Shown in pieces: positions 46,491 to 54,911 of a DNA stretch of 64,000 nucleotides. The notes under the pieces were generated by a model, which made no database searches, had not been told where the DNA came from, and saw only the letters and a list, made by a program, of their open reading frames with translations. The DNA comes from Bacteroidales bacterium (GTDB lineage Bacteria; Bacteroidota; Bacteroidia; Bacteroidales; UBA3824). Made by a program: the position numbers and the translations under genes. The number at the start of each line of letters is the position of its first letter. Positions within the stretch are counted from its first letter, which is position 1. The stretch spans positions 2,514-66,513 of the forward strand of contig JAGCVU010000248.1 of assembly GCA_017962175.1 (NCBI GenBank). Direction: 5' to 3'.

Positions 46491-47960
46491 TTAGTTGGCG
46501 TACTTCAACTTGGTTTCAATCTCGTCGTAAATAGCTTTGAGTTGCTTATCGGTTTGAAGAAGGTCGGCAACCGTTTTACAAGCGTGCAACACTGTGGAGT
46601 GGTCGCGATTGCCTATCTGCATTCCTATAACAGCCAAAGAACTATTGGTAAGATTCTTGGCAAAATACATAGCCAGTTGACGAGCTTGAACAATCTCGCG
46701 TTTGCGGCTCTTGGTGTTGAGCACGTCGGGGTTCATCTTAAAATGTCCGCATACCACCTTTAATATATAGTCGAGTGTAAGGTCGTATTTAGGCTTGCGG
46801 ATAATTTTTTCGAGAATGCTGCGTGCAAGGTCGAGAGTTATCTCCTTGTGATTGAGCGTACTTTGTGCAAGGATGGAGATAAGAGCGCCTTCAAGTTCGC
46901 GCACGTTGGAAACAACGGTTTGAGCAATGTATTCAAGCACATCCTCAGGAATGTCCATACCATCGTTGTAAGCCTTCTTGCGAAGAATATTGAGACGAGT
47001 TTCAAAGTCAGGAATGGTAATTTCGGCAACGAGCCCCCATTTAAAACGGCTCAAAAGACGTTTAGAAAGACCTTTGAGTTCCGACGGATCTTTGTCGCAA
47101 GTGAGGATAATCTGCTTGCCGTTTTGCTGCAATTGGTTGAAAATATGGAAGAAAGTATCCTGAGTGCTTTGTTTACCGGCAAATTCTTGAACATCGTCGA
47201 TAATAAGCACGTCGAGCATTTGGTAAAAATGGATAAAGTCGTTGCGATTGTTGCCTCTTACGGCGTCGCAATATTGAGTTTGAAACTTGTTGGCAGATAC
47301 ATAAAGCACAAGTTTCTCAGGATAAGCGTTTTTGATGCTGTTGCCAATGGCTTGAGCAAGGTGAGTTTTGCCGAGACCGCTGTCGCCATGAATAAGTAGC
47401 GGATTAAACGGAGTACGGCTAAGTTTGGCAACAATCTCCTCGCCGGCACTACGACCGAGACGGTTGCAATCACCTTCTACAAAATTATCAATTGTGTAGT
47501 TGGGATTGAGTTGAGGGTTGATATTGATTTTTTTGATACCGGGAATAATATACGGACCAAGTTGCGGCTGCTGGGGCGAATATGTAGGCTGCTGAGGTGC
47601 AGCTGTTTGCTGCGGCATTCCATACATCTGTTGATTGGTATTGCCCGGGAAAGTATAAGTACCCTGTACACGACCGGGAACGGGACGCGAAGGAGTCTTT
47701 TTGCCACTGTCTACCATAATACGGTACTCCAATTTGGCTTCAGGACCCAGTGTGCGTTTCAAAACCACGCTCAAGATGTCGATGTACTGTTCTTCAATAT
47801 ATTCGTAAAAAAACGGAGACGGAACTTGAATAGTCAATAAATTTTTATCAACTTTTAGGGGGATAATGGGCACAAACCACGTTTTGTAACTTTGTGCAGG
47901 TACATTATCCTTGATAAAATCAAGACATTTATTCCATATTTCCTGTGCCGAGAATTCCAT
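46491..47960 (-). CDS. dnaA: chromosomal replication initiator protein DnaA
   Basis: The start is at the ATG (MEFSAQEIWNKCL); the track starts 18 codons upstream at a TTG. Walker A is 'GDSGLGKTHL'. It also has 'LIIDDVQ', the C-terminal DNA-binding signature 'DHSTVLHA', and a Q/P-rich domain II linker. Confidence 0.95.
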   Translation of the reverse strand: MEFSAQEIWNKCLDFIKDNVPAQSYKTWFVPIIPLKVDKNLLTIQVPSPFFYEYIEEQYIDILSVVLKRTLGPEAKLEYRIMVDSGKKTPSRPVPGRVQGTYTFPGNTNQQMYGMPQQTAAPQQPTYSPQQPQLGPYIIPGIKKININPQLNPNYTIDNFVEGDCNRLGRSAGEEIVAKLSRTPFNPLLIHGDSGLGKTHLAQAIGNSIKNAYPEKLVLYVSANKFQTQYCDAVRGNNRNDFIHFYQMLDVLIIDDVQEFAGKQSTQDTFFHIFNQLQQNGKQIILTCDKDPSELKGLSKRLLSRFKWGLVAEITIPDFETRLNILRKKAYNDGMDIPEDVLEYIAQTVVSNVRELEGALISILAQSTLNHKEITLDLARSILEKIIRKPKYDLTLDYILKVVCGHFKMNPDVLNTKSRKREIVQARQLAMYFAKNLTNSSLAVIGMQIGNRDHSTVLHACKTVADLLQTDKQLKAIYDEIETKLKYAN

Positions 47961-48164
47961 TGTAAAAAATTTTGAGTTTTCCTTGTACGCTTTGTTCTTT
48001 GAATTTCGCTTCAAAGTTTCATAAAATTTTCGAGAAAAAAAAATCTATTTTGACACCTTTTTTTTTCTTTTTATTTATCGGTGTAATTATCAACGATTTA
48101 GTTTTGAAAAAAAAATTAAAAATTTTTAAATACCTGATAATCAGCACACAATATTCTAAATCAT

Positions 48165-48239
48165 TGTTAATAACTTGTTTACAACCTCGATTTCTGAAAC
48201 GATTATTGTGTCAAGTATTGTTTATGTTAATAACTTGTT
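48165..48239. repeat. two perfect 15-bp direct repeats TGTTAATAACTTGTT spaced 60 bp apart, plus a third degenerate copy at 48324-48335
   Basis: Copies lie at 48165-48179 and 48225-48239. TTAATAATTGTT at 48324-48335 lacks one C. The first 9 nt (TGTTAATAA) match the reverse DnaA-box consensus TGTGGATAA at 7 of 9 positions. Confidence 0.8.
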
Positions 48240-48352
48240 AATATTCCTTTATTATTTTGTTTGCAAACCAAAATACATTCAAAAACAGCAAAAAATCCCA
48301 AAAGACAAATTTCTAATTAACATTTAATAATTGTTTGCCACGGTTTACAAAG

Positions 48353-48880
48353 TTATAAAATAATATCATTTTTTGGCATTTCGACCCCCGATCTGGGTAG
48401 TTCACATATTTCAAGTCCGGACACTTCGCCATTGTGAATCGAAAATCGCAACGCTGTACGTACCTGATGAAAGCCTTGAAGCCCCGCGGCTCCGGGATTC
48501 ATTACAAGCGTACCATATTTTTTGTCGTACATTACTCGCAGAATGTGGCTGTGTCCGCATACGAATATCTTGGGTGGATTGTGCTGCAAAAGCGGTCGAA
48601 CATTAGCGGCATAGTGTCCGGGAAAACCGCCTATGTGTGTCATATACACATCCATTCCTTCGATTGTAAAACGCTGTTCCATAGGATAAACCAAACGAGT
48701 GGCGTGGTCGTCGATATTGCCCGATACTGCTACAAGAGGTTTGAACGCTGCCAATTGGTCGGCCAATTTGAGAGAACCGATGTCGCCGGCATGCCACAAT
48801 TGATGGCAGGGTTCAAAAAACTTGAGAAACTTATCATCTAATTGTCCGTGCGTGTCGGATAAAAGTCCAATTATCTTCAT
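48353..48880 (-). CDS. YfcE/MJ0936-family metallophosphoesterase
   Basis: 175 aa. It contains 'IGLLSDTHG', 'HAGD', 'GNID' and 'CGHSH'. Its ATG overlaps the xseA stop (ATGA). Confidence 0.85.
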   Translation of the reverse strand: MKIIGLLSDTHGQLDDKFLKFFEPCHQLWHAGDIGSLKLADQLAAFKPLVAVSGNIDDHATRLVYPMEQRFTIEGMDVYMTHIGGFPGHYAANVRPLLQHNPPKIFVCGHSHILRVMYDKKYGTLVMNPGAAGLQGFHQVRTALRFSIHNGEVSGLEICELPRSGVEMPKNDIIL

Positions 48881-50130
48881 TTTGTCTCAATTTTTGTAAT
48901 CAACGATTCGGCACTACCATCATAGAATACAGTTGTAACAGTGTCGCCATTAGCAAGTTGCGACGACGAAAGCACAGGTTTACCGTTGTGCATTGTATAC
49001 GAATAGCCTTTTCGGAGAATGTTGGCAGGATTATTCAACTCAATTTTATCGTTGATAACGTCGATGCGATGATTTTTTTGCTGAATATTGTACTTCATTT
49101 GAGCCACAATATTGTTGCCCACGCGATCGAGAGCAGCACGTTTGCGCATAGCGGCAGATTGTAACTGATTGTGTATCTTATAAACAATCTGCGAGAGCTT
49201 GTTTCGTTTGGCGTCCATTATGCGACGTATCGAGCGTTGAATAGAAGCGATTTTTTCGTCAACAAGGCGGTCGCACCATTCGGCACGGTCAATGATAAAC
49301 TGCGCCACAGCTGTAGGTGTTTTGAGCGGAGTGTGAGCCACAAGGTCGGCTACCGACTCATCACGGTCGTGACCAATGCCGGTAATCACAGGCAATGGTG
49401 CTTGACATAAATATTGACACAAGCGATATTTGTCGAAACAACTTAAATCTGCCTTGCTGCCGCCTCCTCGTATAAGTGCTATGCAATCAAACGCTTCATA
49501 ATTGTCGGCAATGGCTTCCAACTGCTGAATAATTGATTCCACAGCCTCATCGCCTTGCATTACTGCCTGAAAAAGAGTAACATTAAATCCATAGCCGTTG
49601 GGATTGTTGTTCAACTGTTTTACAAAATCGCCGTATCCTGCAGCCGTTGGAGATGATATTACCGCGATATTTTTGATAAGCATCGGAAAATCGAGTTCTT
49701 TGTTGAGGTCAATTACGCCGTCTTCTTTTAGTTGTCGGATAGTAAGTTGACGTTGCATAGCCATTTCGCCCACTGTATATTCGGGAGTAATGCCGGTAAT
49801 ATTGATACTCAAACCGTAAACCTCGTGAAAACCTATCTGTCCGCACGCCATTATCTTGATACCTGCACGGAGAGTTTCGCCGGTAACTGTTTCAAAATAA
49901 GGTTTGATAAGACGGAAGTTGCCAGCCCAAATGGTGGCTCTGAGTTGTGCAATTATGCTATCGCCATCAGATGATTTTTCCACAAGGTCGAGATATGCGT
50001 GACCACTGCGGTTTACTGTCATCGAATTAATTTCGGCAACAAAATGCACCGGTTCGGCAAAAGAAGCACTTATTTCTCTCTTAATCAGATTATTGAGTTG
50101 ATTAAGAGTAAATACCGAAGGCGACGACAT
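48877..50130 (-). CDS. xseA: exodeoxyribonuclease VII large subunit
   Basis: 417 aa. It has an N-terminal OB-fold region ('VHFVAEINSMT..SGHAYLDL'), 'IALIRGGGS' and 'PVITGIGHDRD'. Confidence 0.9.
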   Translation of the reverse strand: MSSPSVFTLNQLNNLIKREISASFAEPVHFVAEINSMTVNRSGHAYLDLVEKSSDGDSIIAQLRATIWAGNFRLIKPYFETVTGETLRAGIKIMACGQIGFHEVYGLSINITGITPEYTVGEMAMQRQLTIRQLKEDGVIDLNKELDFPMLIKNIAVISSPTAAGYGDFVKQLNNNPNGYGFNVTLFQAVMQGDEAVESIIQQLEAIADNYEAFDCIALIRGGGSKADLSCFDKYRLCQYLCQAPLPVITGIGHDRDESVADLVAHTPLKTPTAVAQFIIDRAEWCDRLVDEKIASIQRSIRRIMDAKRNKLSQIVYKIHNQLQSAAMRKRAALDRVGNNIVAQMKYNIQQKNHRIDVINDKIELNNPANILRKGYSYTMHNGKPVLSSSQLANGDTVTTVFYDGSAESLITKIETK

Positions 50131-50131
50131 A

Positions 50132-50461
50132 TTACTTGTTCATTATAAGATAAACGTCTTCTTTGTCGGCCTTCATATGATATACTTCGCGGGCAAACTT
50201 AATGAGGTTTTGATTATCGGTGCGAAGATTGTGAAGTTTTATAGAATCTTCTTGAATTTTGTTAACATATGAATCGTATTCGCGTTCGAGTTTGCTGATG
50301 GTGAATTTGGCTTTCACCATATCGTAGATTTTATACTGATTGGTAACACAAAGGTGAAACAAAACTACAAATACACCAACAAGATAAGGGTGTTGCCACA
50401 CAAACCCTCCAACGCGTGTGTTCTTAAATTTATCAATAGCAACTAAAAGAATATTTTTCAT
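50132..50461 (-). CDS. septum formation initiator (FtsB/DivIC-like) family protein
   Basis: 109 aa, with one N-terminal TM helix followed by a coiled coil, which is the usual architecture. Confidence 0.5.
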   Translation of the reverse strand: MKNILLVAIDKFKNTRVGGFVWQHPYLVGVFVVLFHLCVTNQYKIYDMVKAKFTISKLEREYDSYVNKIQEDSIKLHNLRTDNQNLIKFAREVYHMKADKEDVYLIMNK

Positions 50462-50524
50462 AACGGCGATTTTTGAAGTAGTGAAAAAAATACGCCGCTA
50501 AAATAGCAAAAAAACTTTACTTTG

Positions 50525-52879
50525 TCAACCTTTTTTGAAAAGTTTTTTTAAAAAAGATTTTTTGTGGGAGCCGCTATCGCTGTAATAGCCGTTGTAATAA
50601 TTATTGTAGCGATAACTATAACTTCCATATTTGCCCATCTTGTTTACAATGCCGTTAAACACTACATTCATTTTCGGGTATCCGCTTCGACGCAGTTCGT
50701 TGTAAAGCTTAAGAACTGACTTAAGTGAATAATTCTGACGTATTATGTAAAGAAACGATGACACTTGATCTTTGAGCATAAGAGCATCGCTAACTATGCC
50801 CACAGGTGCAGAGTCGATAAATATAATGTCGTAAATCTGACGCGCACGTTCAAGATATTCCGACATAGCTGCGCTACCAATAAGTTCCGACGGATTGGGC
50901 GGAATTGGTCCCGGAGGTGCAAAATCAAGACCGGGATGTTGTGTTTTAAATATTGTCTGCTCAAACGAACATTCACCTATAAGATAGGTACTTATGCCGC
51001 AAGTAGTGTCAATGTCAAAATACTCCTGAATACGAGGCTTGCGCAAATCGAGACCAATAAGAAGAACTTTCTTGGCATTGGCGGCAGTTATAATCGAAAG
51101 GTTTACCGACACAAATGTTTTGCCTTCGCCGCTGACAGTGGAGGTGATAAGTATAATCTTGTGCTTATTTTCGGCGTCAACAAACTGTATGTTGGTTCGC
51201 AAAGCACGAAAAGCCTCGGCTATTGAGCTGGCAGGATGGTCGCTCACAGGCACCGATGAATGATGAAGATTTTTTGGAATATGTCCAAGCGGAGTTTGTT
51301 TCACACCTCGTTCTATTTCAGACTCGTCAGTAATTTTATTGCCAAGCAATATCAAAAGAAGAATAATTACCGAAGGAATAGCCAAACCAATTATTACCGC
51401 CTTTGAATAACTGAATCCGCCAATGGATGCTATAGAATAACGTGTAATCCAAGTGGCTGCGTCAAGAATTTCGGCATCGGGCTGATTTGAGGCAAGTGTG
51501 ATAGACGCGTTGTAACGTTTATCTAAAAGACTATTATACAAATCGTTGTTGAGGTCGTACTGCTTGGTTATTTTGGTTTCGTTCCAACGGTCAACCGGCG
51601 ACGACACAATAGATGCACGTATCTGAGCAATTTGCGAATTGAGTTTTTTCTTGTTGATTTCTAAAATACTGTCGGCAAGTATCACGTATTGAATACACTG
51701 TTTTTTAATTTCAGTGATGTCGTAAGCAATTCGGTTGTAGGGAGTTATATTTTCACCATCGCGAACCGAAAATTGAAGTCCTGTTTTTTCGGCAGTTTTA
51801 TCGTTGATTTTTTGGAGATAACCATCAATAACAGGGTCTGACACATTAGCAAGCGAAGGCGGCACAAGCGACGACAATGAATTACTACTTTGAAGTGCAT
51901 CGCGAAGATAGCGGTAGTAATTTTGCCTTACAATGGTTTCCGAAATTTCGTTTTTGATAGATTTGATGGTTTCGTCAATGTCTTTAAGTTCAGCATCCGA
52001 ATTGAGACGGTTGTTTTGCTGAAGACGATAAATATCGCGCTGTGCAGTATTGATACTATCGCTTATAGACACCAGCATAGTGTCGATAAACGAAATGGTT
52101 TGCAATAAGATACGATTTTTGCGTTCAAGACTATGTTCAAGATACGAAATGGATAACGTATTAAGATAATCCTCAAGTTTTTCGGGCACTTCGCCAAACA
52201 TTGTGAGATATACAATTGAACTACCTGTAGTTTTAGGCTGCACCTTTAAACGGCTGGAATATTGCGCCACCATTCCTTCAAAGTTGTTTTTCACAAAATA
52301 GAAATTGTTGCCCTTGGTTATCTGCGGAGTGCCGGGAGTAAGCACAAGGCGAAAACGCATATTATCAGTTTCTACCCAATCGCCGATATTGGCAGTCAAC
52401 AATGGTTTAGAATCGTTGATCGATACTTCAAAAACATTGTCGGCAGAGAAACGAACACGAATTTTAGCACCCTCGGGCTGAATATGCAGAGAATCGAATT
52501 CCACCTCGAAAGGACGATTTTTGTACAACTCTCTATCGGCAGAATAGTGTCCCTCGCGGAAATACACAGTGCCGAAGTTGAGTTTTTTAAGAGTCATACG
52601 GGCGAGAGTATTGCTCTTGAGTTGTCCAATCTCGTTTTCAATGTCGGTGGCGGGTGCCAAGGCAGTAAGTCCCACAATTTTTTGCGGATTGTTTGATGTT
52701 TTGAGCATCAGCGAGGCGTTGCTGCTATATTGGGGAATAATGTGCAAATTTTTGTAATAAGCATATGCGCAGCACAATACAACGGATATAACAAACCAAT
52801 ACCACTTTGGCAGTATTTTCGACAAAATCTGTTTGTAGTCGAATGAACTTTGTTCTGTATTGATTTGTTGGTTGTCCAT
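50525..52879 (-). CDS. polysaccharide co-polymerase / tyrosine autokinase (Wzc-like)
   Basis: It has an N-terminal TM helix, a periplasmic coiled-coil region and a second TM helix. Walker A is 'SGEGKTFVS', Walker A' is 'IGLDLRKP' and Walker B is 'IIFIDSAP'. The tail is Tyr-rich: 'YGSYSYRYNNYYNGYY'. Confidence 0.9.
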   Translation of the reverse strand: MDNQQINTEQSSFDYKQILSKILPKWYWFVISVVLCCAYAYYKNLHIIPQYSSNASLMLKTSNNPQKIVGLTALAPATDIENEIGQLKSNTLARMTLKKLNFGTVYFREGHYSADRELYKNRPFEVEFDSLHIQPEGAKIRVRFSADNVFEVSINDSKPLLTANIGDWVETDNMRFRLVLTPGTPQITKGNNFYFVKNNFEGMVAQYSSRLKVQPKTTGSSIVYLTMFGEVPEKLEDYLNTLSISYLEHSLERKNRILLQTISFIDTMLVSISDSINTAQRDIYRLQQNNRLNSDAELKDIDETIKSIKNEISETIVRQNYYRYLRDALQSSNSLSSLVPPSLANVSDPVIDGYLQKINDKTAEKTGLQFSVRDGENITPYNRIAYDITEIKKQCIQYVILADSILEINKKKLNSQIAQIRASIVSSPVDRWNETKITKQYDLNNDLYNSLLDKRYNASITLASNQPDAEILDAATWITRYSIASIGGFSYSKAVIIGLAIPSVIILLLILLGNKITDESEIERGVKQTPLGHIPKNLHHSSVPVSDHPASSIAEAFRALRTNIQFVDAENKHKIILITSTVSGEGKTFVSVNLSIITAANAKKVLLIGLDLRKPRIQEYFDIDTTCGISTYLIGECSFEQTIFKTQHPGLDFAPPGPIPPNPSELIGSAAMSEYLERARQIYDIIFIDSAPVGIVSDALMLKDQVSSFLYIIRQNYSLKSVLKLYNELRRSGYPKMNVVFNGIVNKMGKYGSYSYRYNNYYNGYYSDSGSHKKSFLKKLFKKG

Positions 52880-52880
52880 A

Positions 52881-53654
52881 TTACTTAAGTCTTGAAATCA
52901 GATAATATGTGGTAAGAGCCGAACTTACAATGCTGAGAATAGTTGTATAGTTTTTTAAACCGTTGGTAACGGCAGTAAAACGCTTGGGTTCGAGATAAAC
53001 AATGTCGCCGGGCTGCAGATAAAACTGCGATGCTTCCATAATATGACGGTCGGTAACGTCGATATTGTAAAGCGAGTGTCCGCCGGGACTTTTTCTGATA
53101 ACAATAATCTTTCGGCGTTTGGCGTCGTAATTGATGCCGCCGGTTTGGGCAATGGCTTCAAGAATATTAACGCTCGTTTTATCAAAATTGACCCTTGTGT
53201 TTTGCGATGCACCTATAAAATAAACGTCGAAATTGAGCAATTCGGTTGTTACCACTGCATCAATTAATTTGACGTCTGCCTGATTTTGAAGTGTACTACG
53301 CACTTGACTGATAGTTTTGCCTTGAACCATAACATTGCCAAAAATAGGCAAAAGCACATAACCAGAATCGCTTACAGTATATCCGCCGCGACTTCTACTG
53401 CCATTGCTCGACGACATCGAGGGCTGATTGTTGCGCTCGGTAAACATCTGATTAATTTCACTATTGGTCGAAATCAGCGACACGCCAATAATGTCGCCCG
53501 GTTGAAGATGATAATCCTGAATGGAGTCGGTGTATTCGTGAGGCAACGGTGTTCGATCGTCAACCACATATCTGATATTGCGGTAGCATGATGTGTTGAG
53601 CATTGCCGCCATCAAAAATGCACATATATATATAAGGTGTCGCATATTTTTCAT
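52881..53654 (-). CDS. polysaccharide export protein (Wza-like)
   Basis: It has a signal peptide. 'LQPGDIIGVSL', 'GNVMVQGKT' and the soluble-ligand-binding beta-grasp pattern fit the Poly_export family. Confidence 0.8.
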   Translation of the reverse strand: MKNMRHLIYICAFLMAAMLNTSCYRNIRYVVDDRTPLPHEYTDSIQDYHLQPGDIIGVSLISTNSEINQMFTERNNQPSMSSSNGSRSRGGYTVSDSGYVLLPIFGNVMVQGKTISQVRSTLQNQADVKLIDAVVTTELLNFDVYFIGASQNTRVNFDKTSVNILEAIAQTGGINYDAKRRKIIVIRKSPGGHSLYNIDVTDRHIMEASQFYLQPGDIVYLEPKRFTAVTNGLKNYTTILSIVSSALTTYYLISRLK

Positions 53655-53657
53655 AGC

Positions 53658-54845
53658 CTAATTGTTTTTTTCGCTCTGTCTACGTTGACGAAGCGTGATG
53701 AAACTTTTTAAAGCGATAAAAAGCCAACCTAATACCGGCAAATACATTGCCAATACTATCGGACGTTTGCAAATTGTTTTAAAACAGTTTTTCAACGAGA
53801 ACTTTATAGTGCCGTGACCATTGGTTTCTTTGTAATTAACGTCAAAATAAGTCATTGCCAACGGCCAAAATGCGGGAAAATATCTAAAAAACAGTCTTTT
53901 GTTTTTCCACATTGCTTTCAACAGTTCGCGAATGTTGTAGTATTTTTTGCCGTAAAGCTTTGATAATTCGGTAAGTTTTTCTTGCATCTGCACGCGAATT
54001 TTTTCGCCTATGGCTTTGAGGTCTTTTTGCGAAAGTTGGTCGTATGGCTTGTCGGTCATTTCGTAAGCCTTAATTCTGTCGCCAAGCACAAATGTGAGTT
54101 GCGATGGTAGCGAGGCATAAAAAATCCAAGGCTGAAAAATAGCGAGAAAAATCACCGGACCCACCGGGAAAAACGGCAAACCGATTTTTTTGCACAACTT
54201 GGTGAGCGGCTTAAAATTGTAAGCCAACGGATTGTTGTATTCGCCGTTGATGGTGTAAAAAGGTATAATGTCGGTTTTGTAGCGAATACTCATTCGCAAA
54301 AACGAGGTTTTGAAAGGCTGAAACTGATATTTTTTGTCAAACCCCTTGCCTATTCCTTCAATTCCTTCGGGAAAAATTAGAATGTTGTTTTCGTTGAGTT
54401 TCATTCCCGTTTCAAAATTGAGAAAAGTGGCATTGATACAACCAGCCTTCCACCAAAGACCGTCGATCATATAAGGGCACATATTGGGAAACTTGGTAAG
54501 CATCGGCGAAATCAATGCACGAATACTTGAAGCCGAATTTTTCAGTTTCTCAATTCCCCGGCTTATAAAAGCTATGGCGTCCCAAGGAAATGCCATTCCC
54601 GAATGGTTGGTGGCAAAAATAAGAGGCGAATCGGGATTATTGCGCACGGGATAGTTTTCAAAACCGATAAACTTTGCCCTATACCACACCTCACGTATGG
54701 GGTTGAGTATTTTTTCACAAAACAGTTCGGCATAGTTGTAATTATAACCCATAGAATAGGTTTGCCTATTGCTTTCGATCTGTTCGTCAGAAATCAGAAA
54801 TCTGTTTTTGGGTTCTGCTACCGCTACTGCTGTCTGGTTATACAT
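53658..54845 (-). CDS. putative lysophospholipid/glycerolipid acyltransferase-like membrane protein
   Basis: 'FATNHSGMAFPWD' and 'FPEGIEGIGKG' resemble PlsC-type blocks I and III, but the His-Asp spacing is atypical. A C-terminal TM helix is present. Confidence 0.45.
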   Translation of the reverse strand: MYNQTAVAVAEPKNRFLISDEQIESNRQTYSMGYNYNYAELFCEKILNPIREVWYRAKFIGFENYPVRNNPDSPLIFATNHSGMAFPWDAIAFISRGIEKLKNSASSIRALISPMLTKFPNMCPYMIDGLWWKAGCINATFLNFETGMKLNENNILIFPEGIEGIGKGFDKKYQFQPFKTSFLRMSIRYKTDIIPFYTINGEYNNPLAYNFKPLTKLCKKIGLPFFPVGPVIFLAIFQPWIFYASLPSQLTFVLGDRIKAYEMTDKPYDQLSQKDLKAIGEKIRVQMQEKLTELSKLYGKKYYNIRELLKAMWKNKRLFFRYFPAFWPLAMTYFDVNYKETNGHGTIKFSLKNCFKTICKRPIVLAMYLPVLGWLFIALKSFITLRQRRQSEKNN

Positions 54846-54911
54846 TTCAGGTTTATATGTCTGCTTGTTCTTCGGGGTGCAAAGTTAGCAATTTAGAATA
54901 AAAAACAAACA

